DNA of 64,000 nucleotides, taken from positions 7,192,001 through 7,256,000 of the forward strand of contig CM007989.1 of NCBI GenBank assembly GCA_002189035.1. The letters are read 5' to 3'. Every line of letters begins with the position of its first letter. Positions within the stretch are counted from its first letter, which is position 1. Positions 12,119-25,601 of this stretch are shown here, piece after piece. Source of the stretch: Utricularia gibba. Lineage: Eukaryota > Plantae > Magnoliophyta. Below the pieces are notes generated by a model. It was not told the origin of the DNA and ran no database searches. It saw only the letters and a program-made list of their open reading frames with translations. Both the position numbers and the translations under genes were made by a program.

Positions 12119-12444
12119 TCAGGTGTATCGGAGGCGCCGTCGAGGAGCAGTGCCCAGTTTCGGGTCGGCCGTATTGCATGTTTCCATGTTTCCTCAAAAC
12201 TGGAAAGTACGCTGATAGCGTCGGCGCCGGAGCTCCGGTTAGTCTCGCTGATGTTTTCGAGTACCTTGCCGCTGAGGTAGCTTTGCGTTTCCGTGAAAAT
12301 ATCGCCTGCTTTTAAGTTCTGGTGTGAGTTTTCCTGGATACAGATCAATTCAATTTCATATTCTCTGATTCCACATTTGAGGTGCGTGCAGGTTCTTGAA
12401 TTGGCTGGAAACGCCGCCCAAGACAACAAGAAAACAAGGATCAT
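12119..12444 (-). pseudogene. Probable decayed GOLVEN/RGF/CLEL secreted-peptide gene
   Basis: Signal-peptide-like start (MILVFLLSWAAFPANSR), an acceptor-like TGTATCCAG at 12334, and a 3' end ACT GCT CCT CGA CGG CG- CCT CCG ATA CAC --C TGA that restores to TAPRRRPPIHN-stop. The DY dipeptide is not recognisable. Confidence 0.4.
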
Positions 12445-12550
12445 TCAGAGACTATCTGAATATGAGGCGATGTGCATCCTTTTTTTTTCGCAGGGAAAGG
12501 TCTGGTTTCAGTTTTCAGACTTCCGAAGCTTGGTTTGTACAGAGACGCTT

Positions 12551-15500
12551 TTAAGTATCTGAATCATCGTCGGAACTTGAATCATTCCTTCTCTGTTCGG
12601 CGAATGCTGGTATCAGCTTCTGCCGGATATCGTTGGGGACCTTCGGCGTAGGTACGGAACTTGTATCTATAGATTGATCCTTTTTCGGCATTGACCTAAT
12701 TGGTGCATTCCTCACTTCTTTGCATGCTTTGTCCAGCATGATGAGGAAATCACGAACAATGCTGAATAGTCTCAGGCCTTCCTCTTTCCCGGCGTTGCCA
12801 TGGAAGTAATCGGCCGTGTTCTTAACCAAGGCGGTTATTCGCTTCTCTTCGTCGAGCATCCGTTGAACATCATGTTCAGCGCTCTGCACAAAGCTCCTCA
12901 ATGCTTGGTGAAAACCATTGTCTTCTGGGATGGTTGACATGTCGGAGTTTAGAAATTCTTTGGCTTTCCTTAAGCTGTGGTCAAGCCTGGCGACAATTCC
13001 AATCATGCCATCAGCGTCGATAGCTGCGGCCTTCCTGACGTTCTCGAGATCGATACTTAGGTTTGAGACAACCTGGAGACCAAGGCTTTTTATGTCTTCT
13101 TCGGATTCATGGGTAGAATCGAGGGAAAGGTCCTCGGACTTGAAGCTGGAAATGCTCCTCATTTCCTTGGCTGCCCTGGCTACTCGTAGCCCTTCTGTAC
13201 GGATTACTTCTTGAACAACAAAGTGCAGAAGTGTTGTTTTTCCATCTACCCCCTTGACGTCTGCTAACTTTAGAAGTGTATCCAGCTTGAAAGCTTGCGC
13301 ACCGCCACGGTATGTTCCATCATTCATCCTGTTTCCAGTCTTGAGAACAGCTTCAAGAAGTTTGAGAAACAACCTGCTTTTTCGTAATTCAGTGCAAGCA
13401 GCCTGCAAGTACAGTTTACTGCATGACAACCCGACATATCACAGAGCAGAAATGGCATTTAATGAGAACACATTTTGACTCGATTTCCGAAGACGACACT
13501 TTTGATGCACTAGGTAATAAAGAACTCATCTCATTTACCTCCAGTGTTCTAAATGACTCCTTCAGGACTGAGGTTTCCTCCTGTAGAGTGCACATGAGGA
13601 GCAGAGATTCTAGCCTCTTAAAAGAGAATGGAATCTCTACCAACTCTTTTAGAAAGCGGTCAGCTGAACCCAGAAGAGATAAGTTGCCATTGAAGAGTCT
13701 TAATTTTAATTCTTCATCTGTTGTTGGCGCCATTTTTATCAAATTCTGAATAAGTTCATGTGGTAGCTCGTTACCTGATTGATAAAAAAATGGTTAGAAG
13801 TATTTTCACATGACATCTCCATCTATGACATAGTTCATGCTTGAGAAGGAAAAAACCTTCTTCAAGGGCATCACGAACTTCTTCAGAGGTAACATTTAAT
13901 GCCTTGAGTAGAATCGACAGATTCTGTGCCTTCTTGGGATGGATAATTTGAATAGCTTGATTTGAAGAATTCTTGGATGAAGATTCATTGGGGGTACCAT
14001 TCTTGGTTTTCCCAGCAGCAGTATAGCCAAACAGGCTTTCAATCATCTCCTCACTGAACCTGTTTCACAAACGCAAAGCTATTCTAAATACAGTGATATA
14101 TTCCTTGTTGAAAAATGCATGTTGCTAGAGGACTTACTGGAATGATCCACCTTTTATCTGTTGCCAGACCATCGCATCATCAGGTTCAGCTGAAACCTTA
14201 TCCCAGAAGAAAGGTTTTAGCTTGGTTTTAGAAGCACCAGCATCACTGCCTTCTGATGCAGCAGATTCTGATGTGTTCTTCGTTCCTGACAATCTGGACC
14301 GGGGCCTTGAACCCATCGGGGGTGGTGGGTGTGGAGGAGGATCACCACGAAGTGGCGGTGGTCGTGGAGGAGGAACACCGCGGACCGGGAGCGGTGGGGG
14401 CGGTGGTCCAGGAGGACGAGGCGGCGGTGGCACACTGGGAGGTGGAGCCAAAGGTGCTAGAGGAGAAGCCACACTCGGAGGAGGAGGCACATGAACAACT
14501 CTTCCAGGAGGCGGCTTTAGTGGCGGAAGGCCATGTAAGGCAACAATCGGAGGTGGCATGCCAATGGAATCTTCAGCAGATTTTGGAGCAGCCTCAGCAA
14601 TTTTTCCTTGAGAGATGACTATCTCTGAACTGCTAGGAGGATCTGAATCGACCGATGAGCTTCCACTGTAGTTCATTTTGCTTCTGAAAGACAGATTATC
14701 TTGCTTCTGTTTTTTCATTGAATTTTTTTGACTGGATGACTTCAATGAAGACCCTACAACACAAAAACACAGATTAAAGTAAACTCAAAAGAGTATCTAC
14801 AACAATGCAAAACCTTTTTGCAATGAAGAAAACCATCTACAGGGTAAGAACTTCAAAATGACAGAAAAGAGAAGAAGGTACCTGCGGAGCTGTTGCTTAA
14901 GCTTAAGCTAAGAAGGGGATTGTCATCGTATTTTCCCTGTGGAGAGCCACGCCTACAGCAGCAACAACAGAGAATCACCAGAAGAACAACGGTAACTGAT
15001 CCTGATACAACAATGGGAATAAACATTTTTGGCAACTGGTTCCACTTTTTCTGATGCTTCCCGCTGGATTTTTTTCCAGATTTCCGTTTAGCTGTTTCAT
15101 ACAATCTGTGAACTCTAGAATTGAAATGTTGGGGCAATGAATATCCCATGTATCTGTCATCCAACCCATCCAAATCCTCTTCGTCGTCTGCACTTGGAAG
15201 TCTGAGTTTCTTTCCCCCTGTACACTTGAGAAGAGTTTGCTTGACATCAGAGCAAAAAGAATTGAAACCACCGTCCATTTTCCTATGCAGAGAGCTTTCA
15301 GGCAAAGGTCCTTTGCAACAACTTCGCAGGTAGGAATGAAATTCTACGTCCTGCATAATATTCTTAGATTGCAGTAGCTGAAGCCGGCAGTCGGTCTTCA
15401 CAAACTCGGCCTGCAGAAATACTTCTGATCAATCAAAAAGTGCAAATAAGGAGAAATTTTAAAACTTGAATACGCATTTACATAAACAGCAGCAACTTTT

Positions 15501-15724
15501 GAACATTGCTATATAACAATACAAAATTCTGAAGTTAATCAAAAGTCTTTTACCATCTTCTTATCGATGATTCCAGAATCAATCAAACAAGCAAGTAAAG
15601 ATTCTTCCTCCTCTCCATTGCTTTCGAAGCTGATAACCGCCACGACCAAATGAACAAAAACAAGAGTCACGCAATGATAAGTCCCCTTCATAATTCTATT
15701 CATTCGAACCGTCGTCCCCCACAT
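12551..15724 (-). CDS. FH5: Class I formin, FH5-like (exons about 15724-15554, 15410-14882, 14753-14138, 14059-13857, 13774-13539, 13402-12551)
   Basis: Signal peptide, TM helix with CCCCC, poly-Pro FH1, and FH2 motifs KLKPFFWDKV, LKTGNRMNDGTYRGGAQAFKLDTLLKLADVKG. The start could be 15724 or 15703. Orthologue assignment is tentative. Confidence 0.93.
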
Positions 15725-16027
15725 GCTTCCGCATCGCATCAGACCAAATGCAAGATATAATATGGAAATCAACTACGATACCAAAATTCATCCATTTATT
15801 CCAAGAACAGCTTCCGGAGCTTCGACAGCACACGCCAAACCACCAACCCGCGAAGCATTTCCCGAGACGATTGAAATTATTCCAATAAAAGGGGGACGTC
15901 TGCATGCACCCAAAATTCCTGCTCATGCATGAAATTCATAAATCCTTCGATGGCGAAGCCACTCAAGAGCACGATCCTGGATGGCGATTTCCATGCGTGC
16001 ATAGGAATTTCGAAGGTAGAAGTTTTA

Positions 16028-16426
16028 CCCAACGGCGGAATTCCGGCACCTTCATTCCCGAAGAGCAAATTCCTATTTTTTTATTATCAAAAATTGTTTT
16101 ATAAAGGTACTTTAATTCAGCTGGTGCTATCGAAGAAGTATCATTATCATGGGGCCCACCACTGTGGGGTCCCTATCCGTGCCCGTGCGGAACCAGAGTT
16201 ATGGTCCACGGGGACCAACACCTAACCCTGGTTAAGAGCAGGCTAACTCGTGTAATTTTGAGGGGAGCGCAGGGGCATAAATGCCCAGAGATTCACTACA
16301 CTGGAATTTTCCAACTCCCAACGGAAACTTTTCAAAAAATTTCAAAACCCTCCTCCCCCCTCCTCTCTCTCTCTCCTTCGCAGTGGCCGCTCCCTTCTCT
16401 CCTCAATTGAATCTCTGTCAACGGTC
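16028..16426. promoter_or_regulatory. Shared divergent promoter (formin / kinesin-14) with three MSA-like CAACGG cores and an inverted pair of TCP-like sites
   Basis: CCCAACGG at 16028 and 16317, TCAACGG at 16418, and GGGGCCCAC-cact-GTGGGGTCCC at 16151-16173. Confidence 0.5.
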
Positions 16427-16702
16427 GTTCTGAGTTTGGGGGTTGTGGATTTTCTTCATTCGTTTAACAGTTTTTTCGAATTCTTGAGGTCATAGACTGG
16501 TGGGAATCACAATTTTTTTTTTCCTTCAGCTTCATCGTCAGTGATTCATGTCGTCTTTGTGGATGCTGGGATTCAAGAATAATGGATACCTGTCTGTGTC
16601 TTATCTTCCTTTGCAATAAACGCTGGTCCCACCAGTAAACTTTTTCAAACTTTCATCTCTTTCGCTTCAGCAACTCTGTTACGCAAGACTTGCTTCGCTT
16701 CC

Positions 16703-19700
16703 ATGGTTTCGAGGCAGACAACCAAGGCCGGTGTTCCTTGTGGGACTCAGGTGTGCGAGCTTTTATTTCTTTTGAAAGGGTGTGGTTTGGAGCATCTAGG
16801 CTTGTGCATTGAGCATTGTGGGCGTTTAGAGTTCGATTTTAAATTTTTTGGATACTTGACTTGCTGGTGGGTTAATGTCTTGCTTAGTTATTCGTGTAGA
16901 TCTGTCGTAAAGGGAGTGATTATTCTTCTCTTTTACTTTTGATTACCGTGACTTATGTTTCGATTTGTCTGTTTATACAGAACAAGCTGGCTGCTAATGA
17001 GGTTCCGGGAGAAAAAAAGAGAAAAATTGGGAGCGGTAGAATGCCTCCGTTGCCTCCTATGAATGGTAGAAAAGCGCAAACGAGACAGGCATTATCAGTA
17101 GTTAATGCGGGCCAAGATGGGTCTGTGAGTAGCGGTGGTAATTCTGCTTCCGATTGTATTGCCATGGATTTCACGGCCGAGGACGTTGAGGCACTACTTA
17201 ATGAGAAACTGAAAACAACCAAGTTTAACCATAAGGTGTGTGAGTAAAATTATGAATTTATAGGAAGCGCCTCGATTAGCTTTGAATATGTATCATGTTT
17301 TTTGAGCAACTAATTAATGTGATGCGAGTGTGGGATGTGGTTTTCCTTTTGCAGGAAAATAGTGAGCAAATGGCTGGATCCATACGACGTCTCAGGATCT
17401 GCATAAAGTGGTTTCAACAACGAGAAGGAAACTACATTTTGGAACAGGAGAAACTAAAGAATCTGTTAGAATTGGCAGAAAAGAAGTGTGACGATACTGG
17501 TAATTGTTACTTCCGGTTCATTGCATAATTATATTCTCTTCCAGAATGTTTCGCAAGCTGGGTAAGTTGGCAATGTTCATTCAGAGGTGGCATTGAAGGC
17601 CAAGGAGGATGAGCTGAATTCAATAATCAATGAGCTTAGAAAGAACTTGCAGACTTTGCAAGAGACCTTTAAAAAGGAGGAGCTAGATAAATTGGTATGT
17701 TCCAATGGGTATTTGTTTTATGATTTTCTTCTCTATTTATTTTTTGCACCAAAAAAATATTGTGAAAATAAAATTTCCAGGAAGCACTAGATTTGTTTGA
17801 GAAAGAGAAGGAATCCAGGCTTGCAGCGGAGAAACTGCAAGCGTCCATTTCAGATGAGCTCAGGCGAACTCAAGAAGAAGTGTCTAGTGCCAATCAAAAG
17901 GTAAGTGAGATTATCTATATGATTGCAAGCGGATACATGCATTTCACCAATTCCTTCCTATAAATGAATGTCGGAAGCCTCTTTTTCCATCCGCAGCTGA
18001 ACTCCCTTAATGACATGAACAAGCGCTTGCATGAATACAACACAAGCTTACAGGAATATAATAGTAAGCTTCAGTTGGATTTGAATGCAAAAGATGAAAC
18101 ATTGCAGCGTGTTGAGAAAGAAAAGGCTTCTATTTTGGAAAGTTTATGCACTGCAAGGGGGGAAAAGAGATCCTTACAAGAGCAATTGGCTTCAGCACAA
18201 GTACACATTTTGCTGTTACTCTATTTTGCTACTCCACGCCACAGTGGATATAAGAATAGATTTGACTTAGCAGCATTGGTTGTTATCAGAACTTGATATC
18301 TGTACATTTTATGCATGTAAGGTCATGCGGGAAGAGGTTATTAGAGAGAAGGAAACACTTCGCAATGAAGTTGCGTCCATTAGAGGTGATATGCAACAAG
18401 TAAGGGATGACCGTGACCGCCAGCTTTTGCAAGTTCAACATTTGTCATCAGAAGTATCGAAATACAAGGAATGCTCGGAGAAAACAATGTCTGATTTAGA
18501 TCGCATGACTGTCACATCAAATGAGCTGGAGGTTTGTTTCTCAGGGGCCCTTTCTTATCATGCAATCCAACTTACTTTATTGAATTTATTTTTCCTTTCA
18601 TAGTCCAAGTGTGCATCTCAAGGCGATGTAATAAGAAGATTAACAGAACAACTTGCTGCTGCTGAGAGGAAATTGCAGGTTGGAGTTGGAATGCTCATTT
18701 AAAGTTTAGGGAAATACTGTCTGCTAATAGTGTTCTATCTGTCACAGTTGTCGGATGTGTCAGTGACTGAAACAAGATATCAGTTTGAAGAGCAGCATGC
18801 ACTGGTCGTTGATTTAAGAAACCGCCTGGCTGAAGCAGATTCAAGAATTTTCGAGGGAGAGAAGCTTCGAAAGAAATTACATAACACAATCCTGGTAAAA
18901 CTTAGATCTGATCTTCAAAATAGCCATCCAATCAAAGTTCCACTTTTTTTTCCGTTAAAGAAAAGTTGAATGTGGATTTCATTGGTTATCTGTGCAGGAG
19001 TTGAAGGGAAACATTAGAGTGTTTTGTAGGGTGAGACCCTTGTTGTCTGAAGACCGAGATGGAAATGACGCAAAAGTTGTTTCTTTCCCGAGTTCAACTG
19101 AATTACTTGGTCGAGGTATCGACTTGATTCAAAATGGTGAGTGTCCAATCACAGCTTAAAAATATTTTCCAACTGAATTTAGTTCTTTAAACATATGTTT
19201 CTGCCTGCTGACAAATAGTTTCTCTATTTAGGGCAAAAACACTCATTCACTTTTGACAAAGTTTTCGTGCCGGATGACTCTCAAGAGGGTGTTTTTGTGG
19301 AGATATCACAGCTTGTTCAGAGTGCTCTCGATGGATACAAGGTCATTCTTGACTATAAAGTCCAGTGCTATTTGAGATGATTATTGGCTTGGTTGTTTTC
19401 TTCGGAAATTTTTTAGAAATCGGTTCACCAGATCAAAAAGTTTTGTATTGCCCAACAACGTTTTTTTTTTTAAATTACCAAGCACACTGATATGACTAAA
19501 AATTCTATCAGGTTTCCATATTCGCTTATGGGCAAACAGGTTCTGGGAAGACGTACACAATGATGGGCAAACCAGTGCCATCAGATCAAAAAGGGTTGAT
19601 TCCCAGGTCACTGGAACAGGTCTTTGAGTCAAAACAAATTCTAGAAGCCGAAGGATGGAAGTATGAAATGCAGGTATGGCTAAGTTTCCTGTTTCCCTAC

Positions 19701-20735
19701 TCTGCACACTCCTCAATGTTACTTATGAATCATCATTTCCAGGTGTCAATGTTGGAGATCTACAATGAAACAATAAGAGACCTCTTAGTACCTAGCAAAT
19801 CAAATGTTGATGGAAAGCAGTATTCTATAAAGCATGATGCCGGTGGGAACACTCATGTCTCTGATCTCACCATTTTGGACGTCCGGAGCAGCAAGGAGGT
19901 TTCGTATCTACTGGAGCGGGCAGCACAAAGCAGGTACCATTCTCTATCTTCTGCCGTCAATTTTCTGTTTGAATTCATCACTAACTTGGGTGATATTGTT
20001 TTCTCATCGCCTTCAAATGCTTTTGTGCAGGTCCGTTGGAAGGACCCAAATGAATGAGCAATCCTCAAGGAGCCATTTTGTTTTCACATTGAGGATCACA
20101 GGCGTTAACGAGGTATCGCTCCTTCAATGGAGATTATGATTCCACGTCTTGCAGTCAGCTGACATGCCTTGGCATATCATTCCAGAGCACCGACCAACAA
20201 GTTCAAGGTGTTTTGAACTTGATCGACCTGGCTGGCAGCGAGCGTCTCTCCAAAAGCGGGTCTACTGGAGATAGGCTAAAAGAAACTCAGGTATCCCCCC
20301 GAAGCCTTTTTTATTTCTTCAGGAAGCTATTCTATAAGCTCGCATTGCTCCTCTGTTCAGGCCATCAACAAAAGTCTATCCTCCTTAGCCGATGTCATCT
20401 TCGCTTTGGCTAAGAAAGATGAGCACGTCCCTTTCAGGAACTCAAAACTAACCTATCTTCTCCAGGTAAGAAGAAAATAATCACCCCCTTGGCGAACACC
20501 CGTATTCCACAACCCACATCGGAGCTCATTCTGTTTCTTGTTCCGCTTTCAGCCATGTTTAGGTGGCGACTCGAAAACGCTGATGTTTGTGAACATCTCG
20601 CCGGACCCTTCATCAGTTGGTGAATCACTGTGCTCACTGAGGTTTGCGGCGAGAGTAAACGCTTGCGAGATCGGCATACCACGGCGGCAAACCAGCCTGA
20701 GATCATTTGACAACTCCCGCCTGAGCATGGGATGA
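16703..20735 (+). CDS. KIN14: Kinesin-14, C-terminal motor (ATK1/KatA-C class), 17 exons
   Basis: Coiled-coil stalk, neck [24 protein letters not shown]-loop [14 protein letters not shown], switch motifs NEQSSRSH and DLAGSER, and [13 protein letters not shown]. All exon phases were checked and are consistent. Confidence 0.96.
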
Positions 20736-21144
20736 TCGGAGCTCCTGAAATCAATCACTGCTTGTGGTAAATTACTCCCATTTCGATCAGCTGTGTGTTT
20801 TTCTTCAGGGGAAAAGAGTGTATTTGTTTGTACCACTCACTGACGCAGGAAGAGCATTTGGTTGTACTTCTGAGTTAGGTTCATATGAATTTGGATTTTC
20901 CTCTTTTGTGTTCGTTGTGACTAATTGGACAGGACAAAAAAAGAAGTCTTTTCAGACAATTTCTATTTCACAATTTAAGAAAAGGAGACATTTTTCAAAA
21001 TTGCAATTTTTTATTTGAGAAAAATTTCCGATTGGCAATTACTCTGTCAAACGCGGCGTCTCCCGGATTCTCGGCTTGATTTCCGGCGGGAGGAGGAGTT
21101 TTCCGTTTGTTTTCGTTTTTTGCTGTTCCTGCTCGTTACTGGGA

Positions 21145-22269
21145 ATGATTAATCTGGAAAATACAAGCGTCAATTGGCTGTACGATTACGGGGTCGAGGA
21201 GATTCCGGATTTTTCTGCTCAAAATTCTGGGTTTTTGTGGTCAACACAAACTTTGAATGCGCCATCAAGTGCAGGGTACACGTCTGATCTTGTTTAGTTG
21301 ATCAGTGCTTCTATTGAATTGTTCCTTGTGATTCTTTTCGAAACCCCCCCGTTTTAGGGCTATGATGAATTGATAATGGATGTTCTGATGGCGTACGGAA
21401 ATACATGCTGTTCTTGATATACGCAAAATCAACTGATCCTTAACTGTTATTTCCCTCATCTAATAGTGCCGAAACTGATGGAACATTTGGAGAATCAGAT
21501 GCATCGAGAGAAACTGGGTCGAAAAAAAGGTATGTGTTCTTTATTTACTCTTGCAAGTTTGAAAATTTTCTGGTCGTTATGTATTGATGATGTATTCACA
21601 GAGCTAGAAATGATTCGCTTGCTTCCTCAAGCTCAAAAGCATGCAGGGAGAAGCAACGAAGAGATAGACTAAATGATCGGTAATGATTCTGTTGCTTTTA
21701 CTATTGTATGTTGATGTTTTTGGTAGGTCTCTAGAGGCTTTTGACCTCTGCAGGTTTGTGGAGTTAGCTGCTATTCTTGAGCCTGGGAAGCCTCCAAAGA
21801 CAGATAAAGGTTCTGTTTTGGTTGATGCAGTTCGGGTGATAACCCAGCTTAAGGATCAAATTCAGAAGCTGAAAGACTCAAAACTCAATCTCCAGGAGAA
21901 GATCAAGGAGCTGAAGGTAACAAAGATTCATCATATAGATTTCATGCTGACTGATGATACAATTTCCTCTGTTTTTTTTTTTCCTCTCCATTTTTGCAGA
22001 CTGAAAAGAATGAGCTTAGAGAAGAGAAACAAAAATTGAAGGCTGAAAAGGAAAAGCTTGACCAGCAGCTAAAAACATTGAGCGCCCAGCAACCCCACAT
22101 TGTACCAGCCCATAATCCCATTCCGGCTGCATATGCCAACCCAAGCCAGCCTTCTCACAACAAACTGGTGCCTGTTATCAGTTACCCCAGTGTCGCCATG
22201 TGGCAATTCATGCCACCTGCAGTAGTCGATACATCTGAAGATCATGTGCTTCGCCCACCTGTTGCCTAA
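21145..22269 (+). CDS. ILR3: bHLH-ZIP transcription factor, subgroup IVc (ILR3/bHLH105-like), 5 exons
   Basis: NWLYDYG N-terminus, KACREKQRRDRLND basic region, EPGKPPKTDKG, ZIP EKNELREEKQKLKAEKEKL, and C-terminal MWQFMPPAVVDTSEDHVLRPPVA. Confidence 0.93.
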
Positions 22270-22853
22270 TTTGGCTGCTAATTCCTATGATTGCATGTTT
22301 GTAGGGTGTCCCTTGTCAGACTAGTTATTTTTACTTCACAAGGTTAGTCTTTATCTGAATGTTGTAACCTGATGTTTGATGGGTTATGGAGATTTCGTTG
22401 TTTTCCTGAGAGTCGAATTCATACTCTCTAGATTATGCTTGTTCGTAGCCTCGTAAATTGCTAGAGGTTTGTTTCACTATGGGTTTCATTTACTTGGATA
22501 GGAGGTCCTTGACTTCCAGAATTCCTGTACAAAAATGGGAACCTCAAATGCTGTGTGAACTATCCTAAACTAACTAGAAAGTTCATGAAGGTAAAGCATC
22601 TTAAATACAGGTTGGAATTTAATGACCCCCATGCTGGACCGGTACTAGTGTTTGAGGGCTACTTTGCATATTTTTGGGCATAGCAATTGTGATGATACAA
22701 AAGCTGTGTGGTGCATAGGTACACTGCACCTGCATAGCTAATGAGAAAGCATGCTCCTTATGCTGAAGATGAGGGAGGTTGTGATTGGAGTGATGTTTGA
22801 GGTGTATACTGATCATTTGCAGGCACAGATTCTGAAGCAACTTTTGATTCTTC

Positions 22854-24938
22854 CTAGGAAGATTTAATGTGGCAGCTCTGAATGAATCTATCAGAGAAAT
22901 CCACATATTTTGTCCACAGAGGTTTAAGATGAGGGAAAGCTATATCTAGCCAAGGCTTTGCTCGGCCATTGAAATGAATCACACCTGCACCTTCAGCACT
23001 TGCAGCAGTTGAGTTCTCTTGGTAACCGAGTCCGAGCATGTGCCAAAATGGATCAATAATGTGGACATAGCCGTGGAATGCTATAAGCCCTGGTGGTAAT
23101 GTTCCCAGCTGCCACAAACTCAGGTCTGATCTTAGATTCTACAGATACAATGAGAAAAGCTTCATTAGTAAACCATATACTTTTTTGCCTTGTTTTATTT
23201 TACAGCTTGTTTTCTTCTAGTTTTGTGTATTTGAGCAAAGGATGACTAGTGATCTGATAATCTGTAGAAGGGTTACCTCGTCAATCCAGTGATAATATGT
23301 CTGTGTTATATTAGATCTCTTCCAGGCTTCAAGATCGAAAATATTCATGCCGTAAGCCCATGCACATTCGTTAGGATCAAAGTTCTTTGATATCAGGGGA
23401 TGTGAAAAGTTAAGGTAACTTTTTAGCTTCTTGGACATCACGAATTTATCCTGTCCTCTACATGTTTCAACTGCTCCATTCACTTTCCCATTCATTTGAA
23501 TGTTCCAAAGAGGGGAAAGATCTGTTTGAACTACAATGTCATCATCCAAAAAAACCACTTTGTTAAGACTTGGAAACAGCTGCAAGAAGACAGTCGCAGG
23601 GTTGAATCAGTAACGGTGGATGGACATTTGTTAAAAAGATGTTATCAATGAAGCTGACCTCAGGCAAATGGATCCGAATGTGATTCATCAGAGAATTGTA
23701 TTTGGGGCTCAGTGCTTGCAGGTTGGCTGCAATAATATGAGGCTTTTCGGTGTTTTTCGCGACTATATGGGATGAACCTCCCCTGTACACTGAACGAACT
23801 CGCTGGTCCTTCTCCATAGCCTCCAAGACAGGGACTTTCCCCTTTGTGAACCAGTCAAAATGGTGCAATGCTTTCACTTCTATGATTGCAGGTGCTGAAG
23901 GATGCAATGAGAACCATGCCTGCATCGATGAATAGGTCTTTCCATCTGTAATTACATGCAAAACAACCTTTTCAGGGCGCAATGAATTTTGAACAAGTGA
24001 TGAGGCGACCACTGATGCTGCAAGGACATTATCAGATGCAAGGATGAAGTGAAAGAACGAGTTATCGACTAGTGCAGGGACCAGCTCTGCAGAAGGAAGC
24101 TGGTTGCGAGCATTTGCGTTGATCGTGTACTCATTTGCTAGCTTTAAAATGAGACAATGGAGCTGCTTCGGGATGCTGCTTGATGCCACATGGCGATACA
24201 GGTACTCCTGTATCTTAGCTGTTCTTGTTCTTTGCTCAAAAAGTGTAACCTGTAAAGCCAATTTGAAGCTATAGCTATTGCATGAACATTAGGAGAAAAA
24301 TACATGTACCATTTCTTTGAGCTCAGTGGCAAAGGTTTTAGCATCAGGCCTTCTGTTTTTCATTTCAGCCACGAAATCCTCCAGTGTCTGAGGGATTTCC
24401 CGGTTCGGTTGCGGTGAAGTTTGATTCAGGGGCTCTTCAAGTACACGATATATCACATCTGGAACCTGTCACAAAACCAGGTATTACTTCTTTATATTAA
24501 ACTGAAAGTATAATGCATTGGCTGGGTATGGGAAATGAGAAGAGGATGTCTCTTACAGTCATTTCTAGCCTTCTTTCTAAGAATCTTGGTCCTAGTTTCT
24601 TCCCTAAGCATCCTGCATTGAATCCAAATGACACTGTAAGTAGAAATCTACATGAAATTCTCCGAAGAGTGATTGATTCAGCATCCCATCTGCAGTGTTG
24701 TGAGTATTAACAAGAGGCAAAGACCTATCACAGAGCATTTCGTTAAACCATCAGATGTTTCAACTGCAGTCAACACAAACATGAACCGGAAGAGGAACAT
24801 GAAGAACAGAAGAGAGTAAAACATTGCTCCATAGGACCATCTCCTTGAGCCAGATTTCACTTTCAGGAACTCCTGGAAGCTTTTCGCGTGCATCACGGTG
24901 ATTCGTTGCAGTTTTGGAGATAAATGTAGCTGGTGCAT
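22854..24938 (-). CDS. GAUT12: Galacturonosyltransferase GAUT12/IRX8 (GT8)
   Basis: EQRTRTAKIQEYLYRHVASSSIPKQLHCL, LFPSLNKVVFLDDDIVVQTDLSPLW, LWQLGTLPPGLIAFHG and HFNGRAKPWLDIAFP. Confidence 0.95.
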
Positions 24939-25601
24939 CTTTGAATTTTCCCCAGGAAGAAGCAGCAGCAACTGCCTTTGGCTTGAAAGAGCAAGAAAGT
25001 GAACCCGGGAAACAATATGCTTTTGATGATGCCTGTGAGTTGCTATCCATCACCTAAACTTGCTTTGGATTAAGGCTACCAATGGAGCAAGAGCAGTTCT
25101 GTAGAGGGAACGTTGTTTCAAGGAAAATGACAGTCAGCTGAGGGGCGCTTCTCACATCAGTTGGCTTTCTAAGGATTAGGTGCTGGTGTTGCTTCACTTC
25201 TCCTCAACATCATGTTTGTCAAAAACTAAAAATTTTACCAATATCAAGATGCAAATTATCTTCATTTCATGCAAAATACCTCATGATCCAAACATCAAAA
25301 TCAAAACCATCAAAGATTTAATGTTGGATTCTCTAAAGGTTGCGTCTTTTTTAAACAATATCAGAACATACAAGAAAACTCCACATATCACCAAATGTAA
25401 CTGTAATGAATGGAATGGTTGAGGGGTTTATTTTAGGAGAAAATGAGAATAAATCAAGTTACTTGATTTACAAAGCACCAGAGAGTAAAACCCTCTCACG
25501 GCTGCACACACTAGAATAACCACTACCCCAAACCATAACTGTTTCCTGGTTCTCCAACCAGAAACCTGCGCTACGCCAATCAGCAACACCAGAAGGATTG
25601 C

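Noticed and set aside
25020-25141. TGATGA ... CTGA pair suggesting a C/D snoRNA
   Set aside because: No terminal stem, no clear C'/D' boxes and no recognisable rRNA-complementary guide. A similar pair near 42485-42535 was rejected for the same reasons.
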